DNA from: Chrysomallon squamiferum
Taxonomy: Eukaryota; Animalia; Mollusca
NCBI GenBank assembly: GCA_012295275.1
Contig: CM022676.1
Coordinates: 7,192,001 to 7,256,000, forward strand
DNA length: 64,000 nt
Reading direction: 5' to 3'
The number at the start of each line of letters is the position of its first letter. Position 1 is the stretch's first letter. Positions 1-14,667 of the stretch are shown here, one piece after another. Below the pieces are notes generated by a model. That model saw only the letters and a program-made list of their open reading frames with translations. It did no database searches and was not told where the DNA came from. The position numbers were made by a program, and so were the translations under genes.

Positions 1-429
1 TATATAAACTCTATTCTTTTGTAGTGTGTTTCTTTTTACATTTTTTTCATTTCAAATTCGCTTTTCTAAAATTTTCTTCATTAATTTCTTCTTTCTGTGC
101 CAGATATTCCCTGACTGAAGCAATTTTTTTCTAGAAAATACTTTTTAACCCTTTGAACTTCTTCTTCATTATGTCCAGTCACTGAGGCTTCTTTCACTTG
201 TAGAATATTTTCTGTCTGATATTTTCTTTTCATAATTCCTATCATTTAGTTTCAGATTGAATGATTCGAGCTATTAGTTTCACATTCCGGCCGTTGCTCT
301 TTGACTTGTTAATTGAAGACTGCAGTTTGTCTTTTCCTGTTTGTGTGAAATTATGTAAAAAGAAATTCTTACTGCTGTCTATTGGCTGTTGTTACATAAC
401 AGTGATTTTGAGGTATTATAGGTTTTGAT

Positions 430-512
430 GGTCCGTTTCCCATTCCAACCAGATACTCAGGCTGGTTTATAAAAGGTTATGATATGTGCTTTCCTCTTTA
501 TGATAAGATATT
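430..512 (+). mobile_element. Decayed SINE core fragment
   Basis: tttcccattccaaccag..ggctggtttataaaaggttatgatatgtgctttcct is similar to 5088-5181, 32826-32910 and the reverse complement of 58815-59020. Confidence 0.45.
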
Positions 513-717
513 TATGTATACACACACATGCATGCATGTCTGCTCATACACACACATATAGACTACTTGATAGGATAACTTGAAATCCTGTTTCCAGTCC
601 TATATTATCATTTTATAAATTTTTTTTATTTCTAAATACATTTTAGCATATATTTTTGTTTATAAAGACAGACAGACAGATAGATAGACACACACTTTGA
701 TATACTTTGATATTGAA

Positions 718-750
<33 letters not shown>

Positions 751-1230
751 AAAAATATATATATCTTTGTATATGTGAGAGCGATAATGTCTTTGATAAA
801 AAGAAAGAAAGAAAAAGAATGTAAGAGATATGGAAAAAAAAAAAAAATATCTGTTAATCAAATTTCTCTCAGGGTCAAACCAGTTAAACTCTCTGATTAA
901 AGAGATAAAAAAAATAAAAAAAAATAAAAAAAAATAAAAAAAATCCTGAACATAAAAATTGTGCCTAATGAACAGAACACATATTTATCTAATGGCTACG
1001 TATATAATTACGCCTCATACAATAAACTGGATAATTACCATTAACCGCTTTGTAAGCAATCTCTCCCACTCGCTATTGATGAGAGCGTCTTAAGGGATAA
1101 CCACTCATGTGTTTTAAGAAGGACATTGATCCGAGTCCTGTTGTTATTGTTCCATTAAAGAGCCTCAGTCGTAATTATTACTCATGTCTCGTAATCAATG
1201 AATTGTGGGTAGTTGATGATGTCCGGATAC

Positions 1231-1265
<35 letters not shown>

Positions 1266-4064
1266 TCGGTTAATTTTAAAAATAAAAAATAAAAATTTAT
1301 AAAAACTGTATGAAAGATGTTAATTACTGAGGTTTGTTTAAAAGTCAGAAAAAAGAAAAAGAATTGTATATTGTTCAGTTAAATGTTGTAATTGTGGTTA
1401 TTAGCGGGGTTTTTTTTGTAATCGATGAATTTTGGGTAGATCCGTCTTCTTTAAGAGTGGAATAGATTGTTAGAGGGCATTAAACTCTTCAGCACTTTTG
1501 GTGACTGTCATGATGACTACTATTTGTGTGACTGTTTGTGTGACCACTTTGGTGACTACTTTAGTGACCACAAAATCTTTGATGTATTTCATTTTATTTT
1601 GATTGGTTTAGTATCGGTAATTGAATTTAAAAAAAAATGTTTTTTATTTTTTTTTTTTTTTTTTATATATATATATATATGTACACACTACCTCTACTAC
1701 TACTACTACTACTACTACTACTATTATATTCATTTTTATTTCAAATTTATTTGATTTTTTCTGAGAATATATATATATATATCTATCTATGTTTCATAAA
1801 AGCACTTGAACCATAATTATTACTGATGATACAGAATCAATAAATTCTTAATTGTGTCCCTTTAAAACCGTCGCAGATTTGATGGAATGAACTAATTAGC
1901 TGGTTTATCAAAAACAAGAAGTTAATTACACACATTACGGGGAAGAAAATTGATTCTCGATGTCTTTTTGCTATTATTTGTTGTTGGGACTGGCGATCAA
2001 TGTTGATGGGTTGCTATTGATGTATTGATGACATGTAGTCTGCAGTATTGTTGAGAAATTGATGAGAATTTCCATCAACATTGACCATTTCACCATTGCA
2101 CTGCGTCAACTAATTTTTTTTTTTTTTTTTTTTTTTTACAAAATTTCATTGTTTGTTGGTTTGTTGTTGTTTTTTATCTGTTTGTGTTTTTTTTTAAATT
2201 ATTTTTCTTGTTTCTCTGACATTGTTCGATTTGGAAGTCATCACCTTCTGCTTGACATGAAGTTTAGTAAGTAAACATTTCGATGGTTGTTTATGAAGTT
2301 TGTTAAGAATAAATCTTTGAAAAATGTATTTTCACAATAGTTTATTCAATAGGCTTGGAATGTTAAAGCATAGTTCAGTGTTCTCTTTTTTTGTTTTTTT
2401 CTTTCATAGATTTCTTGTGTGTGTGTGTGTGTGTGTGTGAATGTGTGTATGTGTATGATTAAGTGTGTATGTTTTGTGTGAATGAATAAAATGTATGGTG
2501 TATAACTGAATGTGAGTGTGTGTTTATGTGAGTGAGAGAGAGAAAAAACAGTGTCAGTATATGAAAGTGACATTTTTGATGTGTATAAGCATATTCATTT
2601 TTTTTAGATGTATATGAATGTGTATATGCATGTACATTCACTACATATATAAATATTGCATTAAAGTTATGAAATAAATGCAAGTTATTTTGTTTTTTTT
2701 TCTTCTTCCTGTTTCAAAGATATTAAAAGGAAATTTGCTAATCTTAATGTTTATGAACTTTGCCTGACTGTTTTCAAGTTTCTATGGTAACTGCAGATTA
2801 TTCGGTACTTTTTTTCCTTTATCAGTTTTACATTTGCAGTTGGCATTCATTCTGTCTGTAACCAAGTAACCGTTTCAAATAACAAGTAGCATTTTCACCA
2901 CATCCATTTATTTGATTCTTAACTCACTCACGTCAACAGCCTGTCAATATTTAGCTATTACTTTTTTTCAGAATGTTTTATTTCTGTTCACTTAACAGTA
3001 CTTCGCCCTCCCTTATCATCTAATAATTTTATTTAACATCAGTTATAATTCAGTAACTCACGAGATACGTAGAATATTTCACATTAAATAAAACAGACGA
3101 AAACCACACTCCTTTACACTTCGTGATCATTTTTCTTGTTTTATTAAATATCTGTGTTTCTAGTACTAGATTATGTTTTACTGTATTGTAAAGGCTCAAG
3201 CATGCATGTCCTGCACCAGTGTTTAGCAGGATAGTTATTGAATTTTCTTACACAAACTTTGAGTCTTAACTTTTCTGACCTCATAAGATAACACTGTGTT
3301 ATCTGCTGCAGTATCATCACTTGATTGGTTTATCAACAGCCAATTAGATTAAGCCTTTCAAAACTTTCTGGTCAGCCAATCAGATAATCTGATATTTAAG
3401 TTTTAGGGTTTCTGTCTGAAATTAATTAATTAATTTGTCTTGATTTTGATAAAATCTTTCTTTTTTTTTTTTTGGATTTGGTGTAATACAGTGCAGATGC
3501 AATGTTAGTGCACTTCAGATTTTTTTTCCTGTTCTAACCATGCAGGTTAAAAAATTAAAAAATTGTTTAATATAGTTTAAAACTGATATTGGCGATTTTT
3601 TTTTACCTGTTCCAGAATTTAAATTTTTTGGAATATTTAAATTTCATTTATTATCTTTTTTAACTCTATAAACTGGTGTAATTTTCTAAAAATATCCTTT
3701 GCAAAAACTAAATTAGATATTTTTTTATTATTCTGTCACATACCTGTTTTTAATATGTGTGTATTGTCAAAGTGATTATTCAGAACATATATTACATTTT
3801 CTTTATTTAAAGTTTTAATATTTATTTATTTTACATTTCTGATTTGTTTTCTCCCAATCCAACCAATTTTCCAGTTTATAGACCATTCAAAATCATAGCT
3901 TTTTAATTTAATTAAATAGATTTATATACTTTAATACAAATGTTTTACTATGGTATACACTTTAAAGAGGAATCAGAAGTATAATCATTATTGTTGATGA
4001 TAAAATGATTACCCAATCATCCTTTTCACCCTTACCCTTGTGTTTTATATATATATATATATAT

Positions 4065-4111
<47 letters not shown>

Positions 4112-4287
4112 TATATTACTCGAACACATACATCATACAAGCACACAAATGTTTAAATGACAAAGTACATGAGTGTATGAGAAATCAAGTTTGGGCATGG
4201 GGTCAATAGACCCTGGACTGGTACTTTGGAATTCCCCCATAGCAAGCCCATCCCCTCCATCATAACAGTGGATTAACATAATAAAAT

Positions 4288-4704
4288 AAAATTTTCATAA
4301 AACACATTAAATGAATATTCATTATTTCACCTTCAGTAAGAAAAAAAATAAAATAAAATTCCTAAACAATTCAATTATGCTTCTGTTTAACATTATAAAA
4401 TTTTCACAAAACTCATTAAATGAATACTCATTAATTCACCTTCAGTAAAGAAAACAAAAACAACTCCCTAAAGAACTAGTCATATATTTGACACCTTAAT
4501 AATAATTAAACAAATAAAACTATACCAAGACTATCATCATTCAGAAACATTTCTGTTTAATTTTCATAAAAAACATTAAATGAATATTCATTAATTCACC
4601 TTCAGTAAAGAAAACAAAAAACAACTCCCTAAAGAACTAATCATATATTTGACACCTAATAATAATAATTAAACAAATAAAACTATATCAAGACTATCAT
4701 CATT
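4288..4704. repeat. Local triplication (110-160 bp unit)
   Basis: cattaaatgaatattcattaattcaccttcagtaa occurs three times (near 4304, 4414, 4574). Copies 2 and 3 share a further ~100 bp ending in aagactatcatcatt. Confidence 0.85.
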
Positions 4705-4939
4705 GAGTCACACTTTTGGTAATCAGAAAGTGCCCTGCTGGTCAGAAGACAGCAAGCAAGCATGGCTCAGTGAACAAGGTACTAACACACTGATGTTTAT
4801 CATTAGCTCCTGTCCCAGGAGAACTGAATTGGCTGCCATTCTCTTTGCACCTTTTGAATGGCCAGTCATAAATAGCCATTGCTATGGTCAGTCGGGACAG
4901 GTTTCATTATCCTAAACTGGACATTCAGACGATGAGCTG

Positions 4940-5215
4940 GAGTTGTTGGCTTGGTGGTTAGAATGCTCGTGGTTGGTGGTTTTTAGAAAAATTGCGTCCT
5001 GCTCTGATGTTTCTTGGTGGTTAGTTAGAAATGCTGTTGTTCTGTTGATTGAAGAATGTGGTTACCCGCTTTGGTGTAGCCTTTTTTATTTCCCGTTCCA
5101 ACCTGTGGGACTTATTTTTATTAAAAGTGTGGGGTATGTGCTGTTGGTATCTGGGAAGATGTATGTAAAAGATAATTTGCTATAGTACATTATGTGACAA
5201 ATATCCTCAGTAAGA
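4940..5215 (+). mobile_element. Decayed tRNA-derived SINE copy
   Basis: An A-box-like tggcttggtggttagaatgc is followed by the core tttcccgttccaacc..ggtatgtgctgttggtatctgggaagatgtatgtaaaagat, which is shared with other copies in the window. Confidence 0.5.
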
Positions 5216-5940
5216 AATAGAATAAATTTGAAAGAAAAATGAATACAATAGTAGTAGTAGTAGTAACAGCAGTAGTAGTAGTAATAATAATAACAGTTCT
5301 TGAAATAGTAACAGTACTATAAGAATGCAAATTTAACTTTTTAAAAATTTTGTTTTTTTAATATATATAGGACATCACATACCACCACATTTAACAAATC
5401 TTTCATACACTGAACAACACAATTACATCATTCACATCATTAAATAAAGCTTGTCGCAGAAGGCACCCATTGAACTGCAAAACATTCCAAATGGATTTTA
5501 AGTGATATCCTTTCACATAACCAGGAAGAATAAAAAAAATGGAGAAAAGAAGATTTTTAAGAACCAGTTTAGGGGTTAAAAAAAAAAAAAAAAAAAACAA
5601 ATGATGAAAAGAATTTTTTTTTTTTCTCTCTCTGAAATGCTTTTCCTGTTGCAAAAGTGCACATCAAAAATAATTGTACTCCTCCACTCAAAGATTACGT
5701 TGGATTATCTCCTCTTTGAGAAGAACTCTTTAAAACACGAAGCTTGTAAGTGGAGCTCTTTTAATGTGGAGGAGAGAATATTGCTGCGGACTGAGGCTGG
5801 TGTCAGACGGTTGGGGGATATTGGAGAGGGTTGTTGTCAGAAGAAAACTGACAGTGATTCATCAATCCCAGTTTTGTGGTTTTTGAAGTAGAATCAATTA
5901 GGAAGCCATAAACTGCAGATAAATATTTTCTTGAATGTGT

Positions 5941-7025
5941 ATTTCATAAATAAATATATTCAGTATATTACAACATTAAATATATTCAGTATATAACACA
6001 ATTAAATATATTCAGTATATTATACAATTAAATATATTCAGTATATTACAACATTAAATATATTCAGTATATAACACAATTAAATATATTCAGTATATAA
6101 CACAATTAAATATATTCAGTATATTACAACATTAAATATATTCAGTATATTACATTATTAAATATATTCAGTATATTACATTATTAAATATATTCAGTAT
6201 ATTACACCATTAAATATATTCAGTATATTACATTATTAAATATATTCAGTATATTACATTATTAAATATATTCAGTATATTACATCATTAAATATATTCA
6301 GTATATTACATCATTAAATATATTCAGTATATTACACCATCAAATATATTCAGTATATTACACCATTAAATATATTCTGTATATTACATTATTAAATATA
6401 TTCAGTATATTACATAAATAAATATATTCAGTATATTACACTATTAAATATATTCAGTATATAACACAATTAAATATATTCAGTATATAACACAAATATA
6501 TTCAGTATATTTCATTATTAAATATATTCAGTATATTACACTATTAAATATATTCAGTATATTGCATTATTAAATATATTCAGTATATTTCATAAATAAA
6601 TATATTCAGTATATAACACAATTAAATATATTCAGTATATTACACTATTAAATATATTCAGTATATTATACCATTAAATATATTCAGTATATTACATAAA
6701 TAAATATATTCAGTATTTTACATTATTAAATATATTCAGTATATAACACAATTAAATATATTCAGTATAGTACACTATTAAATATATTCAGTATATTACA
6801 TTATTAAATATATTCAGTATATTACATAAATAAATATATTCAATATATTATACCATTAAATATATTCAGTATATTTACATAAATAAATATATTCAATATA
6901 TTATACCATTAAATATATTCAGTATATTACACAATTAAATATATTCAGTACATTACATAAATAAATATATATTCTGTATATTACATAATTAATTAAATAG
7001 ATTCAATATATTACACAATTAAATA
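5941..7025. repeat. AT-rich 26-bp minisatellite, about 41 copies
   Basis: Each unit is a near-invariant TAAATATATTCAGTATAT plus a variable ~8 nt (tacaacat, aacacaat, tacattat, tacaccat, tacataaa and others). Confidence 0.95.
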
Positions 7026-7044
7026 AACTTTATAAATATTTCGA

Positions 7045-7255
7045 ATTGTAGTAGAAGTTGATTAAAACCAGGCTTCATATAGGAGTCATGAAATATGTGA
7101 TACACTGGACATTCTACAGTAACTAGATGTATTATAACTTATAAAACAAAACTTTGAACTAGGGTAAAAAATAGACAACAACCAGTCATTGTAATGGACT
7201 AATACAATACACACAATAAACCAGAGATTCTATTACAACCTGGTATATCATAATG
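7045..7255 (-). repeat. Dispersed ~117-bp repeat family, about 2 units, reverse orientation
   Basis: The reverse complement of aactagatgtattataacttataaaacaaaactttgaacta and accagagattct matches the units at 25080-25660. Confidence 0.75.
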
Positions 7256-8367
7256 GCTAAAGTGGTTACCACAGCTACAAGAGAAGTCAGAGATGCAACT
7301 ACCACAGCAGTTGCTGCTGCAGGTGTAGCAGAAGTCAAATGTCATGACAGCTGATGTGGTAACTACAGACAGATAGGAAGTCAGAACCAATTAACAATTG
7401 ACAAAGACACTCAAGTGATTTCTATAATGGAGATATAACTCAACATATTGCAAATATCTGGATTTTTTTTAAAATCGAATGCTCAATTTTTTTTTTTTTT
7501 TTTTTTTTATTGGCTCGTAGGAAAATGGGCAATAACTGAACTTGTCAAAAATTAGGTTTAATTGTACAAACACTGTCCTAGCAGTGGAATTATGAGTACT
7601 TGACAGCCAGCAGAACACTAGTCACATACTGGAGAGCTGGACAAATATTGAGTTTGTAATGCCGCAGAGAAAACTCAGTACTGTTGACTCAAGTGATAAA
7701 TGTGTACAAATGTTTAAGAAAGTAGAAGTTTATGTGTGGTGGTGGTAAATAGATATAAGTAACAAAAGTTGTTTATTTTTTTAAAATCTGTCTGTCTGTC
7801 TGTTTGTCAGTCTGTAAATTTAGATGTATATATCTGTCTATAATCTGTCTATAATCTGTCTATCTATCTAGCTATCTAGCTGTCTATCTCTTATCTATTA
7901 GGTGTATGTGTGTGTGTTGTTGTGGTGTGTGTGTAATTTTTGTATTTTTTTTTTACATTTATTGATCTTTAAAAACTGTCATAATAATAATAATCATAAT
8001 AAATTTATCAAAAACAAGATTAAAAATGAAATATATAATGTTTGTTTACCTATGTATTTCTTTTCTTTTTTCAAAGACAGTTTTTCATCTGATTTATTCT
8101 TATTTCTTCTTCTTACATTTTTATAATTCTCTCTCTATCGATCTCTCTCCCTCATTCTCTCTTTTTCATTTAAATTTCTTAATCACTCTAAATCTCTTTC
8201 ATTTTCAACTACTTGTAATATAGCCTCAGTCCATACATCCACATCACAGTCTGTCTTTCCCTTTTTCCATCTTTTTTCATTCAAATTTCTTTATTTCTCT
8301 CTCTCTCTAAAATCTCCTTCATTTTTTAACTTTTCATAGCCTCAGACTATATATCCATACCACTGCC

Positions 8368-8370
<3 letters not shown>

Positions 8371-8465
<95 letters not shown>

Positions 8466-8591
8466 GTCTTCTCTATTATTCATTCTCTCTCTCTGTCAGA
8501 CTCTCTCTCTATCTGTCTCTGTCTCTCTCTCTGTCTCTCTGTCTCTCTCTCTGTCTGTCTCTCTTTCTCTCTCTGTCTTTTTCATTAAAAT

Positions 8592-8623
<32 letters not shown>

Positions 8624-8786
8624 TTTAATTCAGTCCATCTGTTTCTCTTTCTTTCTTTCCTCTGTCTGTATGTCTGTCTTTCTATATCCTTTTCATTAGT
8701 ATTCTTTTTTATTTTTAACTTTTCTTTTTTTTTTTTTCAGCCCATCTGCAAATCTCTCTAAATCTATTTTTTTTGTTTCAGTCTAT

Positions 8787-8858
<72 letters not shown>
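8371..8858. repeat. (CT)n/(CTGT)n polypyrimidine microsatellite block
   Basis: Long CT runs at about 8372-8580 and 8791-8858. Confidence 0.95.
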
Positions 8859-8861
<3 letters not shown>

Positions 8862-11374
8862 CAAACATCTCTAAATCTCTTTATTTTCAACTGCTTCTCC
8901 TAGCTTCAGACTTCACTTTAATCCAATGAACGTCATCATTGCAGGGGGGCCATGTTTGGCTTTAATCACAGTTAATCCTGACAACGCCCGGCAACCGGCG
9001 AATCAATACACCTAATGTCCGACAAAGTACATACAGTTAAAAAGCCCCGATCCTTCGACTTTCTTGTCAGGCTCCACGCAATTTTTCTCTTTCGCCCCAT
9101 GTTTACCCTGCTTGATAGAAAACTGTTGCCGATGTTTTTGTTGCCAGTGTCGGAAGCCATCTTGAAGGTGTCAAATTGAACTGGGATGGGAATTTCCGAC
9201 AACTGTTAAACAGTCGCGGGACCGGAATAATCCGATTTTCTGACACGTTTGTTTTTATGTGATTTCAGGCCCTGATGATGAAGTCTTGAACTTTGTTAGT
9301 TTTTTTGACATTGCCCTCGTTTTGTGTGTGTTGTTTTTACCCTTTATGTGTTGTTTTTTTGTCTTGTGTTGTGTTATGTTATGCTATGTTATGTTATGTT
9401 ATGTTATGTTATGTTATATTACATTACATTACATTTTATTTATTTTTTTTATTATTATTATATTATATATTATAATATTACATATTATAATATTGCATAG
9501 TGTATTATATTATATTTTATTATATTATATATAATAGACTATATTATATTTATTTTATTTTATTTTACCTGGTGTCTATTTTACCTGTACTTTTTAGCCA
9601 ATTACCTGTGTTTTTTTTCTTTCTGTTTTACTTCATATTTTTTAGTTTATTCTTTTTTCCCAAATTTTTTTTTTATTATTTTTTTAATTTTTTGTTGTTG
9701 TTTTTTTGATGAGAAAAAATTAACAAACGAACCCCCCACTAACAATTAACAACCACAACAACAAAACAAGACAAATTTTTTTTTTTTTCAAAAAAGACAA
9801 AAAAAAAAAACCAAAGACTTTAATAAAACATTTTGCTTGTTAGCTTGTATAACATTCCATAATCTGAAACCAGCACAAGGTTGTTATTCCGCGATTACTG
9901 CTGTCGTGGGTTTTTGAAATAATGGTTTCCAAACAACCACAGAAAACTATAATGATATAGGACATGCCAAGGAACAAGGCTATCACTAAAGCAAACAATG
10001 GTTTTTGCCGTCTAAGCTGGTTGTTTGCGGTTCTTGCCATTAAGCGACGCGGACCTTTAAACCGTTATATTACATTAATCATAATCATCAGATTTGCTTG
10101 CAAAATCGTGTCTGCTGACAAATTATTTATTTTACGCTTTGTTTCCTGGTCTTTTTTGGTTCAGTGAATCTTACAGCAATTTCGGGGTAAATGTCTTTCA
10201 GTTGCGGCCATTTTTGTTTTTTATGTTTTCGGCGATAAATAATATGAATAATAATAATAATAATAAAAAAGAATTTTTATATAATTTTTGTCAAATGTTG
10301 TTAAGTTTTTCGTTCTGGCTGCTACAGATGTAGTTATAATAAGCATAATGGCAAATAACATGGATTACAACTACAACAACTGCTACAACAGCGATAAAAA
10401 TATTTTTGTCTAATGGGTTTTTCTTTTATAATTTATAATTTTTTGTTTTTTTTGTTTTGGTTATGATTATTTTTATGATGATGATGATGATGACTTTAAA
10501 ATTTGTAGCATTACTATTTTAGCATGACAAAATACATTTTGATTTTTATCTCATTTGTTAATAAGATGGTAACAATTCTGTATTTTTTTTTTTTTAAACA
10601 AACTGACAAAATCATGATTATAATGATGATGTTTATTCTTGATGATGGTGATGATGATGATAATGATAATTACTAATAATATTGATATTGATGACAATGT
10701 CAATATAATGAGAAAATAAAATAATAAATAACCAAATAATAATAATAATCATAACAAGAACAAAAATAAAAATTACATAACAATACAACATCAATAACAA
10801 CAATAACTTTAACAACAACAACAACATAATAATAATAATAATAAAAGAAAGATTAAATACTTATGTTTTCCTGCATGTACAATATCAATTTGTATTGCAC
10901 GCTCTTCTTCTTTTCCTCTGCCTTTCATGACAGCCCAATTCAAAATATTCCGAGGCAAATTACATTTGCAGTTTTCTTTTGCTCTGACAATGGTTTCTTT
11001 TTTACAAGCCAATTTCCAGAATAGCAGAGAGTGTAAATTGGTATGTAAATTAAGTTTATTAACTCGTATTGGCTTGCGATTGTCATTTGGCGTTACGTAA
11101 CATATTGCTTTCAGAAAGAGAAGGTCTGGTACATTAATTCAGAAGTGAAGAGGCAAATGTTGATCGATTTGTATTTAAATAGAGCCTGAATTGTTTATTT
11201 TTGGTTTATTTTATAATATTTTATTTTATTTTATTTTATTTTATTTTATTTTATTTACTGATTTATTGACTTATGGTTTTGATTGTTTGTTTATTTATTC
11301 ATTCATCCAGTTATTCATTCAAGTATCCTTCTATTATTTTTTTTATGTCTTTCTATTTCTCTTCTGTTGTTAAT

Positions 11375-11960
11375 ATGGCAACCAGGAACTTCTTGATTTT
11401 GATTTGTATACAGTAGTTTTTCTTCTGTTTGTATCAAAACCAGGAGTTTTCTTGATTTCTCTTCTGTATGTATCAACATTAATTTTCTCGGTTTACTTCT
11501 GTGTGTATTAAAAACCAAGAGTTTTCTTGGATTTTTTTCTATAATGTGGAAACCAGGGGTTGTGTTTACATTGTTCTTTTATTGTCAATATCAGAACATT
11601 ACTATTCTGAATATGGTAACAGGAAAATTTCTTGGTTTGTGCTTTGTTGTGAAAATAGAAACCAGGAGATATCTTAATTTTGATTTTGTTGTAAAAATAG
11701 AAACCAGGAGATTTCTTGACTTTTATTTTGTTGTGAAAACAGAAACCAGGAAAATTTCTTGGTTTTGAGCTTTATTGTGAAAATGGCAACCACAAACCTT
11801 TATTCATTTCCCCTTCATCATGAAAATGCAATTTCTTAGTTTTTCTTTTCATCATGAATATTACAAAACCAGAAATATTCATTATTTTTTTAATTTTTAT
11901 TTTTATTTTCTCTCATTTGATTCATTAATACGGCACACAAACCAGGAGATTTCTCGGATT
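11375..11960. repeat. Degenerate ~42-bp tandem repeat
   Basis: AAACCAGGAGATTTCTT..TTTTGTTGTGAAAA recurs about 10 times, most clearly at 11615-11790. Confidence 0.8.
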
Positions 11961-12534
11961 CTGCTCTCTCTCTCTCTCATCGTCGTGCACACATCGGAAC
12001 AAACGGGCTAACAGAAAACATATGCCCCGTGCACACACATCCTTTGGGACGGTCGGACATTAATAAATCTCGCTAAGATCGATTAGCAGGGAGTTTTGGT
12101 CTGTGTCACGCTGGCAATCGCAGGCCATTGTGCAGCACTGCGCTGCCTGCCTGGGCTGCTTTTCGAAGAGAGTCAATTAATTGAGTGATTTACTGCACGG
12201 TAATACCGAATCGACTCCGGCATCCATGGCAGCCAAATGCCGTGTCTCACTGTGAGTCGAGCATTGTGTGAGCGAGTGAGTTATGTAACCCTATAAACAC
12301 TTGACGTAAAGCTTTTTCACACGGGGTGCCCCCCCTCCCCCCGCACCATTTTTTTTTTTTAATTCACGGTAATTTCCTGTTCTAACCGTTGTGAATAATC
12401 AATGATGCCATGTTGGGTTGGGTGTTTTTTTTTTTTTTACTGTTATTGAATCTTTTTTTTTTTTTTTTTTTTATTTTATTGAAATTATTTCCTGTTCTAA
12501 ACCTGTCCAGGAGTGAATAATCAAAGCTAATCTC

Positions 12535-12983
12535 TTGTTATTACTATTATTATTATTACTATTACTATTACTATTATTATTATTACTACTACTATTACTA
12601 CTATTATTATTACTAGTACTACTATTATTATTATTACTACTACTATTACTATTATTATTATTACTAGTACTACTATTATTATTATTTATTACTATTATTA
12701 TTACTACTTACCATTATTATTACTATTATTACTATTATTATTACTACTATTACTATTATTATTATTATTACTATTACTACTATTATTATTACTGTTACTT
12801 ACTATTATTATTACTATTACTACTATTATTATTACTAGTACTACTATTATTATTATTACTACTACTATTACTATTATTATTATTATTACTATTACTATTA
12901 TTATTATTATTACTATTACTACTATTATTATTACTAGTATTATTATTATTATTATTCTTACTATTATTATTACTGTTACTTAC

Positions 12984-13027
<44 letters not shown>
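12535..13027. repeat. (TAT/TAC)n trinucleotide microsatellite
   Basis: Directly visible. It is the source of the spurious poly-L/Y ORF. Confidence 0.95.
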
Positions 13028-13409
13028 GCGTAGATCAAGCTTTCTTTTCTATTGAAATTATTTCCTGTTTAAACCCAGATATTTATAAACGAATAATCAA
13101 TGTCAACTTTTTTTTATTATTATTGCACTTTATTTTTCTTTTTTATTTCTGTTTAAACCCAGATATTTTAACTGAATTCAATGTCAGGTTTTTTTCAGAA
13201 ATGACCTGGTAAACCAAAAAAGCATTTTTAACCCAACTTTTTTGTCCCACATTATTTTCCATTCCAACCCAAATTATCAGTTGATAGATGTAAGATATCA
13301 CTAAACCTGCCATTTGAAAGAAGTATGCATGTATGCACATGTATGCACATGCAGATGCATTAACACCATACACACAATCACATTAATAAATATTTTACCT
13401 GCACACATG

Positions 13410-13449
<40 letters not shown>

Positions 13450-14040
13450 TATAGATATACCTGTCTGTTATCTTCTTCTTCATCTTCTTCCTTATTTATT
13501 TATTTATTATTTTTTAACTGTTAAGTTTTATTGCTACTTACATCAAGTTCTAATTATGTTTTCTTTTATTTAATACAAAAACTCATGACAGACACACATT
13601 CAGTTATCTTTAATGTTCAGTCTAATTTTATTTATTGTTTGATTTTCTTCTTTTCTGCAGTATTTTACAGTAAATCTAAACATATATTTATTAGGTAGAT
13701 TAATCCATTTCCAAATCAGCATTATTTTAAATTTATTTATGTGTTCTTTCTGTGTTAACAAAGTTAAACATTGTAAATATTTATTTGGCCATAACAAAGT
13801 TAAACATTGTATATATATATATATTTTTTCATTAATAAAGTTAAACATTTTGCTAATTTATTTTGTATTAACAAAGTTAAACATTGTATATTCATTTTGT
13901 ATTAAACTTTATGTGATTTCTTTTTACATTAAATAATTTATATTGTGGCTGTTCAAATACAAGATAATGTTTTAAGTTCTCTTTTATTAATGTATATATA
14001 CATATTTTCTTTGTTTGATAATGATGATAGTAATGGTCAT

Positions 14041-14141
14041 GCTACTACTACTACTACTACTACTAATAATAATAATGACAGTAGTACTACAACTACTACT
14101 ACTACCACCACTACTACTACTAGAACCACTACTACTACTAT

Positions 14142-14175
<34 letters not shown>

Positions 14176-14320
14176 GTTACCACTACTACTAATAGTAATA
14201 TTCATGTTCATAATATTCATAATTGGAATTAGCATAATAATGATGATATGATGCTTCTGCTTATGATAAAAGTAATAGTAGTAGTAATACTAAATTACTA
14301 ATAAAAGTAATAATAATTGA

Positions 14321-14355
<35 letters not shown>

Positions 14356-14432
14356 TAATAATAACAATAATAACAACAACAATAATAATAATAATAATAA
14401 CAATAATAATAACAATGATAATGATGATAATT

Positions 14433-14482
<50 letters not shown>

Positions 14483-14520
14483 CAATAATAAGAGAGAGCA
14501 ATAGAGACAGATATGAATAT

Positions 14521-14566
<46 letters not shown>

Positions 14567-14590
14567 TTAATAATAATAATAACAATAATA
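14041..14590. repeat. (TAC)n then (TAA)n microsatellites just upstream of the Ig exon
   Basis: Directly visible. Confidence 0.95.
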
Positions 14591-14667
14591 CCTTTTCACC
14601 AAAAACAGCTTTTACTTCTATTATTCTTCACACATATTTTTATATATATTTTTTTTTTTTTTCTCAG

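Noticed and set aside
4199-4222. Helitron 3' terminus (GGGTC-AATA-GACCC hairpin followed by CTGG)
   Set aside because: A 5-bp stem is too short, the spacing is atypical, and I found no matching 5' end or second copy.
5941-7025. CRISPR array (constant repeat plus variable segment)
   Set aside because: The variable parts are only about 8 nt, recur, and differ by single substitutions. There are no cas genes and the context is eukaryotic.
12226-12257. Signal-peptide first coding exon of the turtle gene (ATGGCAGCC..CT|GTGAGT)
   Set aside because: It encodes only MAAKCRVS with no hydrophobic core. It is phase 2, which is incompatible with the main phase-1 acceptor at 14668.
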